Source: an uncultured Thermodesulfatator sp.
GTDB taxonomy: Bacteria > Desulfobacterota > Thermodesulfobacteria > Thermodesulfobacteriales > Thermodesulfobacteriaceae
DNA: 64,000 nucleotides
Direction of reading: 5' to 3'
NCBI GenBank assembly: GCA_964412755.1
Contig: CAYPPW010000002.1
Location: 18,945 to 82,944 of the forward strand
This document shows, one piece after another, positions 38,981 to 48,212 of the stretch; the stretch's first letter is position 1; every line of letters starts with the position of its first letter. The notes under the pieces are model-generated. The model searched no databases and had not been told where the DNA came from. It was given only the letters and a program-made list of their open reading frames with translations. The position numbers were made by a program, and so were the translations under genes.

Positions 38981-39854
38981 AAAATTGATAAATATGGATT
39001 TAGATATTTCTGAAAAAAGAAAAATTGTAAAGAAAAAACTTAGACGGTTAGAAGGACTTCCTACACTCCCACCAATTGTTCAAAGACTTAATAAATTGAT
39101 TGAAAATGAGGAAACTTCTCTTAATCAGATTGCTGAGTTAATTGAAAAAGACCAAGTTATTACTAGTAAAATTTTAAGATTAGCTAATTCTGCTTTTTAT
39201 GGATTTCCCAAAAGAATCAGTACAGTCCAAAATGCTCTTATGTTTCTGGGAGTAAATATAATTAAAATTTTAATTATTACTTCCTCTATTTTTGATATCA
39301 TATATAAGGAAGATGTTAAACTTTGGGAACACTCAGTAGGAGTTGCTACTTGTGCAAGAATTTTAGCGGAAAAATTAGAAATAAAAGATCCTCAAGAAGT
39401 GGCTACAGCAGGACTTTTACATGATCTTGGTAAAATTATAGAAAAGGTAAGCTTTAAAGAGGAATATAAAAAAATAGAGGAACTTGTTCAAGATGGTAAA
39501 TCTCCTCTCTTAGCTGAAAAGGAGATTTTTGGGCTAGATCATGCAGAAATAGGAGCTTTTTTAATGAGAATTTGGAATCTTCCTGATAGACTCATTGAGG
39601 CAGTAGAAGCTCATCATGAACTCGAAAAAGCTAAAGATTTCAAAAAAGAATCAGCTTTAATTCATCTTGCTAATGTTTTAATTCATGCAAGAGGCTATGG
39701 AGATTCTTTATATAATAAAGTCCCACCTTTAGAACAAAAAGCTTTAAAACTTTTAAATTTTAACCTCTTAGAAATAAGAGAAGTTTTTCTTAAATTAGAA
39801 CCAAAACTTTATGAACTCAAATTTTTTACCGAAGAATTAAGAAAAGATATTTAA
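38958..39854 (+). CDS. HDOD domain protein
   Basis: Motifs LPTLP, D....KILRLANSAFYG, WEHS, AGLLHDLGK and DHAEIG...W.LP. Confidence 0.93.
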   Translation: MRKHKNFKKLINMDLDISEKRKIVKKKLRRLEGLPTLPPIVQRLNKLIENEETSLNQIAELIEKDQVITSKILRLANSAFYGFPKRISTVQNALMFLGVNIIKILIITSSIFDIIYKEDVKLWEHSVGVATCARILAEKLEIKDPQEVATAGLLHDLGKIIEKVSFKEEYKKIEELVQDGKSPLLAEKEIFGLDHAEIGAFLMRIWNLPDRLIEAVEAHHELEKAKDFKKESALIHLANVLIHARGYGDSLYNKVPPLEQKALKLLNFNLLEIREVFLKLEPKLYELKFFTEELRKDI

Positions 39855-39882
39855 AATTGGTTAAAAACTTGGAAATTATAAT

Positions 39883-40821
39883 ATGTACTTACCTAAAAAG
39901 ATTATTTATGCCTTCTTAAAAAAAGATAAATTTTTTACCAAATGGAAACAAGAGCTAATTTATTTTTTAAAGGAGAAATATAAATTAAAATCTTTTTACA
40001 GTTTTAAAAAATTTCTCTCTGCTATTCTTTTTGACCCACCTTCTATGGTTATATATTACTATCATAAAAATCCAGAAGGACTGAAAAACTTAGTAGAACT
40101 CAAGAAAAAATTTAATATGTTTAATATTCCGTTAATCCTTATATTAGATCATTTTGATTTGGAATGGCTAATTTCAACTTCAGAATGGGGTGATGATTTT
40201 GTCTTCCTTAAGGATAAAATTGATGAAGTTTTCGTAAGAATTGAATACGCTTTTCATAGGCTGGAAAGAATTTCAGATAATAACCCTTTAACAGGTCTTC
40301 CTGGAAATACATCTATTTATAGAGCAATAGAAAGAATTTTAGATAGATATAAACCTTATGCCGTAGCTTATGTAGATTTAGACAATTTTAAGGCTTATAA
40401 TGATGCCTATGGTTTTAGTCATGGTGATGAAATGATAAAAACTGTAGCAAAAATTTTAACTACTACTATTTCTGATTTTTCCAGGGAAGATTATTTTATA
40501 GGCCATATTGGAGGAGATGATTTTGTTTTTATTGTTCCTTTAGAAAAGGTTGAAACTATTTCTAAGGAAATTATAAAACGCTTTGATACACTTGCTCCTA
40601 CTTTTTTAAATCCAAATGATAGAGAAAAGGGATATTTTGTCTCTGTTGATAGGATTGGAAATATTTCAAAAATTCCCATTCCAACTCTTTCTATTAGTAT
40701 AGTTCCAGTTGTAAAAGGAAAATTTAAGCATATAGGAGAAATTTCAGGAAGATTAGCAGAAATCAAAAAAGTTGTAAAAGGGATAGAAGGAAGTACTTAT
40801 TTTATAGATAGAAGAAAATAA
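39883..40821 (+). CDS. Diguanylate cyclase (degenerate REC-like N-terminus plus GGDEF domain)
   Basis: Motifs NPLTGLPGN, DLDNFKAYND.YG...GD and GHIGGDDF. Confidence 0.88.
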   Translation: MYLPKKIIYAFLKKDKFFTKWKQELIYFLKEKYKLKSFYSFKKFLSAILFDPPSMVIYYYHKNPEGLKNLVELKKKFNMFNIPLILILDHFDLEWLISTSEWGDDFVFLKDKIDEVFVRIEYAFHRLERISDNNPLTGLPGNTSIYRAIERILDRYKPYAVAYVDLDNFKAYNDAYGFSHGDEMIKTVAKILTTTISDFSREDYFIGHIGGDDFVFIVPLEKVETISKEIIKRFDTLAPTFLNPNDREKGYFVSVDRIGNISKIPIPTLSISIVPVVKGKFKHIGEISGRLAEIKKVVKGIEGSTYFIDRRK

Positions 40822-40828
40822 TTCTTTT

Positions 40829-43099
40829 TCATTTTTGTAAAATTTCTCTACCAATTATAATTTGTCCTAAAGCAATTCCACCATCATTAAGAGGAATTTT
40901 CTGAGGAATAAATACCTTAAAATTCCTTTTTTCAAGAGCTTCCCATATACCTTTTAAAAGTATTCTATTTTGAAAAGCTCCTCCACTTAAAACCACTTTT
41001 TCTATTTTATATTTTTCTTTTAACAATTCTACTACTTTAACGCATACCTCTATAATAGCTTTGTGAAAAGATAGGGCAATCTCTTCTATAGGTATTCCTA
41101 TATCTTTTAATTCTATAATTTTTTTTATTAAATCCTCTGTAGAAATTACTATTTTTTCTTCTTTTATTTCAAAGGATATTTCTAAATTTTTATAATTTTT
41201 AGCAGTAAAAGCTAATTCTTCGAGCTTTTGAGCAGCCTCAGCTTCGGTACTAATTTTTTCACAGATTCCTAAAAGCGCTGAAATCCCATCAAAAATTCTT
41301 CCCATTCCACAAGCAAAAGGAGAATTAAGTCCTTTATCAATCATTTGTAAAATTACTTTTAAGGGATATTTTTCTTTATTGGGAAGATAATCCATGGAAA
41401 TTCCAGCTTGATATAAAAGAGAGGTAGCTATCCTCCAAACTTCCTTTATAGCTTTTTCTCCACCAGGAAGTCTAAAATAAGAAAAATGTCCAACTCTTTG
41501 AAATGAGGCTATATCTGCAATAAAAAATTCACTTCCCCAAATTTTATAATCAATTCCGAATCCAGTTCCATCAAAAGCAAGTCCTATAACAGGTTCATAA
41601 ATTTCATATTCTGCCATAACAGAAACAATATGAGCATGATGATGTTGAACCTTTATTCTTATTTTATCTCCTGCAAGTTTGTCTGTTAAAGATGTAGTGA
41701 AGTAATTGGGATGCATATCCGAAATAAAAACCTCTGGTTTAACATCAAAAATTTTCAAAAAATGAAAAACTGTAGATTTATAAACTTCTTGAGTAATTGG
41801 AGATTCTAAATCTCCTAAATATTGACTTAAAATAATCACTTTATCTTTAGCAATAGCAAAAGAATTTTTTAAATCTCCTCCGCTAGCAAATAAATGAATT
41901 GGAAATTCTTTTTTTACTAGTATAGGAGAAGGAACAAAACCTTTGGATCTTCTTATAAAAATTGGCGTTTCCTTTATTACAAACATTACACTATCATCAC
42001 TATGAGCAATTATTTCTCTATTATAAGTAACAAAATAATCTGCGATATGACCTAATCTTTCAAAAGCTGAATTATCATTAAAACATATAGGTTCTTCTGA
42101 AAGATTGCCACTTGTCATAATTAAAATTAAATCTTTATCTAATGAAAAAAGCAAATATTGAAAAGGGGTGTAAGGTAACATCACCCCTAAATAAGTAAGA
42201 TGGGGAGCAACAAATCTGCTAACTAATGGTTTTTTTTCTTTTAAAATTACAATAGGTCTTTCTTTGGAAAGAAGCAGTTCTTTTTCTTTGGAAGATAGAT
42301 AAAGAAATTCCTCTATCTTTTCAATTGATCCTATCATTAAAGCAAAGGGTTTAAAAGGTCTCCTTTTTCTTTCTCTTAACTTTAAAACTGCCAAATCATT
42401 AGTAGCATCACAGGCTAAATGATATCCTCCTACTCCTTTTATAGCTATAATATGTCCTTTTTTTAAATACTCATATACTTTCCTAGCAATTTCTTCAATA
42501 TTTCTTGAAATAAGAGTTCTATCGTTTTTATATAAAAATAAATGAGGTCCACAATCAGGACAGGCAGTAGGCTGAGTATGAAATCTTCTATTTAGAGGAT
42601 CTTTATATTCTTCCTCACATTTAGAACACATTATAAATTCTGCCATAGATGTGTTATGTCTATCATAGGGAATATCCTTTACAATACTAAATCTCGGTCC
42701 GCAATGAGTGCATACTATAAAAGGATAATGATATCTTCTATCAGCAGGATCAAAAAATTCTTTTAAACATTCTTCACAGAGATTGGTATCTGGAGGAATA
42801 AAGGTAATTTTTTTATGAGTGACTCTGCTTTTTTCAATCCAGAAGGTTTTAAAACCATTAACTGGTTTTTCTTTTATTTCTACTTCTTGAACAATAGCCA
42901 ATGGAGGAAAATTATTTTTAATAGCCTTTACTAATCTCTCTAGGGCGTGAACTTCCCCCTCTGCAGAAATAGTAACTCCTTCTGTATCATTTAATACATA
43001 TCCTTTTATATTGTTCTCCAGTGCTAAACGATAAATAAAGGGCCTAAATCCTACTCCTTGAACAATTCCATTTACTCTAATTTCTAAATGTTTAATCAT
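40829..43099 (-). CDS. hypF: [NiFe]-hydrogenase maturation carbamoyltransferase HypF
   Basis: Acylphosphatase motif GIVQGVGFRPF, zinc fingers (C..C...CGPR; C..C...CP.CGP), KGVGGYHL, QHHHAH and DGGIALGQ. Confidence 0.97.
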   Translation of the reverse strand: MIKHLEIRVNGIVQGVGFRPFIYRLALENNIKGYVLNDTEGVTISAEGEVHALERLVKAIKNNFPPLAIVQEVEIKEKPVNGFKTFWIEKSRVTHKKITFIPPDTNLCEECLKEFFDPADRRYHYPFIVCTHCGPRFSIVKDIPYDRHNTSMAEFIMCSKCEEEYKDPLNRRFHTQPTACPDCGPHLFLYKNDRTLISRNIEEIARKVYEYLKKGHIIAIKGVGGYHLACDATNDLAVLKLRERKRRPFKPFALMIGSIEKIEEFLYLSSKEKELLLSKERPIVILKEKKPLVSRFVAPHLTYLGVMLPYTPFQYLLFSLDKDLILIMTSGNLSEEPICFNDNSAFERLGHIADYFVTYNREIIAHSDDSVMFVIKETPIFIRRSKGFVPSPILVKKEFPIHLFASGGDLKNSFAIAKDKVIILSQYLGDLESPITQEVYKSTVFHFLKIFDVKPEVFISDMHPNYFTTSLTDKLAGDKIRIKVQHHHAHIVSVMAEYEIYEPVIGLAFDGTGFGIDYKIWGSEFFIADIASFQRVGHFSYFRLPGGEKAIKEVWRIATSLLYQAGISMDYLPNKEKYPLKVILQMIDKGLNSPFACGMGRIFDGISALLGICEKISTEAEAAQKLEELAFTAKNYKNLEISFEIKEEKIVISTEDLIKKIIELKDIGIPIEEIALSFHKAIIEVCVKVVELLKEKYKIEKVVLSGGAFQNRILLKGIWEALEKRNFKVFIPQKIPLNDGGIALGQIIIGREILQK

Positions 43100-43117
43100 A
43101 TTTTTAAATTACACCTT

Positions 43118-43132
43118 TTAGAATTATTATAA
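43118..43132. promoter_or_regulatory. PerR/Fur-family-like operator palindrome between hypF and the YeeE gene
   Basis: TTAGAATTATTATAA is an exact match to TTANAATNATTNTAA. Confidence 0.4.
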
Positions 43133-43178
43133 AGATACTATAATATAACCAAACTTAAAATTAAATAGAGGTGAAAAG

Positions 43179-44237
43179 GTGGATCTTTTCAATAAATATT
43201 TATCAAATCCTATCTTAACTGGTTTTTTTTTAGCTTTATTAGCTCTATTTTTACATCTTTACAGAATACCTTTAGAAATCGCAGAAGGATTAAAACATTT
43301 TGGTTTTTTACATCCACTTTCTATTTCAATTTCGGGAATTATAATAGGTGCTTTTATATCATCTTGTTTTTTTAAGGAGTTCAGTATCAAGATTCCTTCT
43401 AAAATTGATTTTTTAAAAAGTATTATTGCAGGAATATTAATGGGATTGGGAGCAACTTTAGCTTTAGGGTGCAACATTGGAGGATTTTACACCTCTGTAG
43501 CTAATTTATCAGCAAGTGGAATTATTATGATGATTGGTATTATAATAGGAACTTTGATAGGAATAAAGTATTTAATATGGGAAGCGGAACATTTTTCTCA
43601 AAAAGGAGGAATAAATATTCATATCAAAAATATCGAAAAAATCGGAACCCTTATTGGATTAAGTATTTTTCTTTTTTTCATTTTAAAAATTCCTTATTAT
43701 AAGAAAGTTTTAATTAGCTCTATTATCCTTGGTTTTTTTATCCAACGAAGTAGGTTCTGTATGGCAAATGCTTTTCGTGAACCTTTTATTTCTGGAGAAT
43801 CTTTAATGTTAAAAAGTGTTATCTTAAGTCTTATTATTGCTATGATCGGGATTATCTTTTTAAAATATAAAAACTTTTTAGAACCTTACTTTTATGTAAA
43901 TCCTACTTTCATATGGGGTTCCCTTATAGGTGGAATTATATTTGGTATAGGAATGGTATTAGCTGATGCCTGTGCATTAAGCTCTCTTTGGAAATTAGGA
44001 GAGGGACAAATTAAATTAATAATAGTAATTATTTTATTTGGTTTAACTTTCTCTCTTTGTAAATATTATTTAAATATATTAAAAATATGGGAAAAAGGAT
44101 ATTTAGGTAGAAAAATATATCTACCTGATTATCTTACCTATCCCGGGGCTTTTCTTTTTATAATAGCGTTTCTTTTCTTATTCCTCCTATTTGCAGAATG
44201 GAACAAAAGAAGTAAAAAATTTATAATTAAAATTTAA
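43179..44237 (+). CDS. YeeE/YedE family sulfur-compound (thiosulfate) transporter
   Basis: Multi-TM protein with LMG.GA.LA.GCNIG, QRSRFCM and GIGMVLADAC motifs. Confidence 0.88.
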   Translation: MDLFNKYLSNPILTGFFLALLALFLHLYRIPLEIAEGLKHFGFLHPLSISISGIIIGAFISSCFFKEFSIKIPSKIDFLKSIIAGILMGLGATLALGCNIGGFYTSVANLSASGIIMMIGIIIGTLIGIKYLIWEAEHFSQKGGINIHIKNIEKIGTLIGLSIFLFFILKIPYYKKVLISSIILGFFIQRSRFCMANAFREPFISGESLMLKSVILSLIIAMIGIIFLKYKNFLEPYFYVNPTFIWGSLIGGIIFGIGMVLADACALSSLWKLGEGQIKLIIVIILFGLTFSLCKYYLNILKIWEKGYLGRKIYLPDYLTYPGAFLFIIAFLFLFLLFAEWNKRSKKFIIKI

Positions 44238-45556
44238 TGTATTCTTTATTAAAAACTAAGTTAGAAAATTTTTTCAATTTAAAGAAATCTGATACAGACT
44301 GGAGAACAGAATTCATAGCTGGTTTCACTACTTTTATGAGCATGGCTTATGTATTAGCGGTTGTCCCTTCTATTCTTTCAAAAACAGGAATGCCCAAAGA
44401 AGCAATTTTTACTTCTGTAGCTTTAATTTGCATGATATCTACCTTTATAATGGGTATCTATGCAAATATTCCTTTTGCTTTAGCTCCTGGAATGGGTTTA
44501 TGTGCTTTTTTTACTTATACTGTTGTTTTAGGAATGGGATATCCCTGGCAAACTGCTATCACAGCAGTATTTATTGAAGGAATTCTTTTTATTTTTTTAA
44601 CTATCACAAACTTAAGAATAATAATAGCCAAGGCAATTCCTCAGAATATTCAAAAAGCAATCTCTGTGGGAATAGGTCTTTTTATAGCTTTTATAGGTTT
44701 ACAAAATGCTCATATAATTATAAAAAATCCTGATGTTTTGGTTCAATTAGGTGATCTTTCCAAAAATGAGACTTTTTTAGGGTTATTAGGGATAATTATA
44801 ACTGGTGCTTTATTATTTTTTAAGATAAAAGGAGCTTTGCTTTTAGGTATAATTATCACTACGTTGATAGGGATACCCTTAGGAGTTACCCAATTTCAAA
44901 ATTTTAGAATTATAGCTTTACCTTCTTCTTTTTTACCCATCTTTGCTCAATTTAATTTTGAATACCTTTTTTCAGGAGATTTTTTAATTATCATGTTCAC
45001 TTTTCTTTCGGTAGATATTTTTGATACTATCGGGACCTTAATAGGTATTTCTTACAAAGCAAAACTGATAGATATACCAGAAAAAAGTATATCCTTTAAA
45101 AGAGGACTTTTAGTGGATGCCATAGGAACGACATTGGGAGCCATCTTTGGGCTTTCTACAGTTACTTCTTATATAGAAAGTGCTTCTGGAGTAGCTGAGG
45201 GAGGAAGAACGGGATTAACTTCTGTAATCACAGCTTTGTTTTTTCTTTTAGCACTTTTCTTTTCCCCGTTATTTTTATCTATACCGTTATCTGCTATTTC
45301 TCCAGCTCTTATATTAGTAGGTTTTTTTATGATTTCAGGTATAAAGGAAATAAATTTTGATGATTTCACTGAAGCTATTCCAGCTTTTCTTACTATTCTT
45401 CTTATTCCCTTAAGTTTTAGTATAGCAAATGGGTTAACAATAGGAATATTAAGTTATGTATTTTTAAAGGTAATATGTATGAAATATAAGGAAGTTTCTA
45501 TTCCTACTTTTATTATTGCTTTATTTTTTATAGCTAAATTTATAATAGGTTTTTAA
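44237..45556 (+). CDS. NCS2 family purine permease (AzgA/PbuG-like)
   Basis: Motifs E..AG.TTF..MAY, APGMGL.AFF, GIGLFIAFIG, FDTIGTL and YIESASGV.EGGRTGL. Confidence 0.95.
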   Translation: MYSLLKTKLENFFNLKKSDTDWRTEFIAGFTTFMSMAYVLAVVPSILSKTGMPKEAIFTSVALICMISTFIMGIYANIPFALAPGMGLCAFFTYTVVLGMGYPWQTAITAVFIEGILFIFLTITNLRIIIAKAIPQNIQKAISVGIGLFIAFIGLQNAHIIIKNPDVLVQLGDLSKNETFLGLLGIIITGALLFFKIKGALLLGIIITTLIGIPLGVTQFQNFRIIALPSSFLPIFAQFNFEYLFSGDFLIIMFTFLSVDIFDTIGTLIGISYKAKLIDIPEKSISFKRGLLVDAIGTTLGAIFGLSTVTSYIESASGVAEGGRTGLTSVITALFFLLALFFSPLFLSIPLSAISPALILVGFFMISGIKEINFDDFTEAIPAFLTILLIPLSFSIANGLTIGILSYVFLKVICMKYKEVSIPTFIIALFFIAKFIIGF

Positions 45557-45557
45557 A

Positions 45558-45642
45558 TGCCGAGGGCGGGAGTCGAACCCGCACGGAGTTATCCCCCAGC
45601 GGATTTTGAGTCCGCCGCGTCTACCAATTCCGCCACCTCGGC
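45558..45642 (-). tRNA. tRNA-Leu(CAA)
   Basis: Minus strand GCCGAGG...TGGTAGAC...GCGGA-CT-CAA-AA-TCCGC...GGTTCGACTCC...CCTCGGCA, with a long variable arm. CCA is not encoded. Confidence 0.97.
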
Positions 45643-45661
45643 TATCTTAAAATCAAAATAT

Positions 45662-45689
45662 ATTCTAATAAAATTTGAAATTTTTACAA
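45662..45689 (-). promoter_or_regulatory. Putative promoter for tRNA-Leu
   Basis: Minus strand TTGTAA-16 nt-TAGAAT, overlapping the divergent yebC promoter. Confidence 0.4.
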
Positions 45690-45702
45690 GACTAAGTATA
45701 CT
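45675..45702 (+). promoter_or_regulatory. Putative sigma70 promoter for yebC-ruvC-ruvA
   Basis: TTGAAA-16 nt-TATACT, followed by an AAGGAG SD. Confidence 0.5.
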
Positions 45703-45728
45703 TTAAATAAATACCAGCCTTAAAAGGA

Positions 45729-46487
45729 GTGAAACCCATGGCTGGACATTCTCATTGGGCTCAAATAAAAAGAAAAAAAGCAGCTCAAGATGCCAAAAGA
45801 GGCCAAGTTTTTACAAAGCTTATAAAAGAAATCATAGTAGCAGTAAAAGTAGGAGGAGGTGGAAACCCTGATTTAAATCCTCGTTTAAGAGCTGCTATTC
45901 AAGCAGCCAAAGCAGCTCATATGCCAAAAGAAAATATAGAAAGAGCTATTAAAAAAGCTTTGGGTTTAGAAGAAGGCACTCAATATGAAGAAGCTATTTT
46001 TGAAGGTTATGGACCCGGTGGCGTTGCTATTTTGATTAACACTATTACTGACAATAGAAGAAGGACTGTTTCTGAATTAAGACATCTCTTTAGTAAATTT
46101 GGAGGAACCCTTGCAGAACCAGGAGCCGTATCCTGGATATTTGAACAAAAAGGTCTTATAGTAGTTCCTAAAAAAGACGAAGATAAAGTTTTAGAAATAG
46201 CTATAGAAGAAGGGGCAGAAGATACAAAAGAATACGAAAGCGAAATAGAAGTCATTACTGATCCTGCTCGGTTTGAAACAGTAAAAAATGCCCTTGAATC
46301 AGCAGGAATCGAAATAATTTCTGCTAAAATTACCATGGTTCCAAAATCTATTGTACCAGTTAAAGATGAATCAGTTGCTTCAAATCTTTTAAAACTTATG
46401 GAAGCTTTGGATGATTTAGATGATGTTCAGCAAATATACGCCAATTTTGATATTCCAGAAAATATTATGGAAAATTTAAGTAAATGA
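45729..46487 (+). CDS. yebC: YebC/PmpR family protein (start probably ATG 45738)
   Basis: Motifs MAGHSHWAQIK, NPRLR, EGYGPGG and DDVQQIY.N. Confidence 0.97.
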   Translation: MKPMAGHSHWAQIKRKKAAQDAKRGQVFTKLIKEIIVAVKVGGGGNPDLNPRLRAAIQAAKAAHMPKENIERAIKKALGLEEGTQYEEAIFEGYGPGGVAILINTITDNRRRTVSELRHLFSKFGGTLAEPGAVSWIFEQKGLIVVPKKDEDKVLEIAIEEGAEDTKEYESEIEVITDPARFETVKNALESAGIEIISAKITMVPKSIVPVKDESVASNLLKLMEALDDLDDVQQIYANFDIPENIMENLSK

Positions 46488-46975
46488 AAATTTTAGGAAT
46501 TGATCCCGGTCTTCATAATTTAGCTTTTGCTTTTTTAGAAATTAAAAATGAAATTCCAGAATTAAAAACATGGGAAACCTTTACAACTAATAAATTAAAA
46601 ACAGATATAGAAAAACTCACTTATCTTTTTAATTCCTTAAAAAAGATAGTCAAGAAAATAAAACCAGATATAATAGGAGTTGAAGATGTTTTTGTAAAAC
46701 CTTATTCTAAGGCCGGGACTAAACTTGCCCAAGTTCAAACTATTGTTTTAATCATAGCTGGTCTCTACCAAATCCCTATAAAAGTCTATCATCCCTTAGA
46801 AATAAAAAAGTTTTTTACACAATATGGAAAATCTAAAAAAGAAGATCTCTCTCATATTTTGAATTTACTTATAAAGGAAAAAATTGTTAAAGTGAAAGAA
46901 AATTTTAATCCAGATCCTCATAAAATGGATGCTCTTGCTATTGCTTTAATAATAGCTTGGGAACAAAATCGTTAA
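46484..46975 (+). CDS. ruvC: Holliday junction resolvase RuvC
   Basis: Motifs ILGIDPG, VEDVF, P.EIKK...G...K and D....DALAIA. Confidence 0.92.
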   Translation: MKILGIDPGLHNLAFAFLEIKNEIPELKTWETFTTNKLKTDIEKLTYLFNSLKKIVKKIKPDIIGVEDVFVKPYSKAGTKLAQVQTIVLIIAGLYQIPIKVYHPLEIKKFFTQYGKSKKEDLSHILNLLIKEKIVKVKENFNPDPHKMDALAIALIIAWEQNR

Positions 46976-46978
46976 AAA

Positions 46979-47608
46979 ATGTTGTATCAAATTAAAGGAA
47001 AACTTAAAGAAATAAATCCCCCTAATAAACTTATTTTACAAACTAATAATTTTATTTGGTGGGAACTTTTAATTCCCTTAAATTTAGTAGATTCTTTAAG
47101 AAAGAATTTTTTAGAAAAAGAGATTATTTTTTATGTAGTACCTATATTAAGAAGAAATGAATATATAGAAATATACGGATTTTTGAATAAAGAGGAAAGA
47201 GAACTTTTTATTAAACTAAATAACCTTTCGAAAATAGGCCCAAAATTAGCATTAAACTTACTTTCTGTTTTTTCACCTGAAACTTTAAGAGAGGTCATTA
47301 TTGAGAAAAAAATTCAGGAACTTTCAAAAGTACCTGGAATAGGACCAAAAAGAGCAGAAAAATTATATCTTGATTTAAAAAGTTTATTTTTAAAGCCCTC
47401 CCAAAAGGGAATTTTACTGCCTCCAGAAAAAGAAATACTTCTTGAAGAAGCCAAAAGTTGTCTTATGAGTTTAGGATTTCAAAGTAAAGAGATAGAAAAA
47501 GTCTTATATAAAGTATTTGAAGATACAGATACATTAGATACACTTATTAAAAAAGCACTTAAAGAGTTTTCCCCTATTTTAAGAGAAGAAACATATAAAG
47601 GAGAATAA
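46979..47608 (+). CDS. ruvA: Holliday junction branch migration protein RuvA
   Basis: YGF...ER.LF, two HhH motifs (IGPKLA, VPGIGPKRA) and C-terminal L.SLGF. Confidence 0.93.
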   Translation: MLYQIKGKLKEINPPNKLILQTNNFIWWELLIPLNLVDSLRKNFLEKEIIFYVVPILRRNEYIEIYGFLNKEERELFIKLNNLSKIGPKLALNLLSVFSPETLREVIIEKKIQELSKVPGIGPKRAEKLYLDLKSLFLKPSQKGILLPPEKEILLEEAKSCLMSLGFQSKEIEKVLYKVFEDTDTLDTLIKKALKEFSPILREETYKGE

Positions 47609-47610
47609 GC

Positions 47611-48171
47611 ATGATAGAACAATATTTTATTAATTCAGAAAATAGTATGCTTGTAATAATTGATATGCAGGAAAAACTTATCAAGGTGATGGAAAAAGAA
47701 ATTATAGATAAAGTTATCAAAAATATTATCGCTTTAATTGAAGTCTCAAAGATTTTAAACATTCCTATTATATTGACTGAACAATATCCAAAAGGATTGG
47801 GACCAACCATTGAAGAAATTAAAACAGTTCTTCCTTCCTATAATCCCATTGAAAAAATTACTTTCAGTGCTTTTGGCGAAGAAAAATTTATACAAGTTTT
47901 AAAAGAAAAAAAAAGAGAAAAAATATTGTTAACAGGAATAGAAACACATGTTTGTATATGGCAAACTTCATTAGATTTCATTATGAGTAATTATACTGTA
48001 TTTCTTCCTAAAGATGCAGTTTGTAGTAGAAAAAAATTAGACTGGGAAACAGGAATTGACTTAATAAAATCAGCTGGAGGAATTATCACCACAACAGAAA
48101 CTGTTATATTTCAAATTCTTAAAAAAGCTGGAACACAAGAATTTAAAAAAATTATAAATTTTATAAAGTAA
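47611..48171 (+). CDS. Isochorismatase-family cysteine hydrolase
   Basis: Motifs IIDMQEKL, TEQYPKGLGPT, K..FSA and GIETHVC. Confidence 0.92.
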   Translation: MIEQYFINSENSMLVIIDMQEKLIKVMEKEIIDKVIKNIIALIEVSKILNIPIILTEQYPKGLGPTIEEIKTVLPSYNPIEKITFSAFGEEKFIQVLKEKKREKILLTGIETHVCIWQTSLDFIMSNYTVFLPKDAVCSRKKLDWETGIDLIKSAGGIITTTETVIFQILKKAGTQEFKKIINFIK

Positions 48172-48176
48172 TTTTC

Positions 48177-48205
48177 TTGAATTTTTTTCTATTTTTCATT
48201 ATATA
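48177..48205 (+). promoter_or_regulatory. Putative promoter for the membrane diguanylate cyclase
   Basis: TTGAAT-17 nt-TATATA immediately upstream of ATG 48213. Confidence 0.4.
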
Positions 48206-48212
48206 AGATTTT

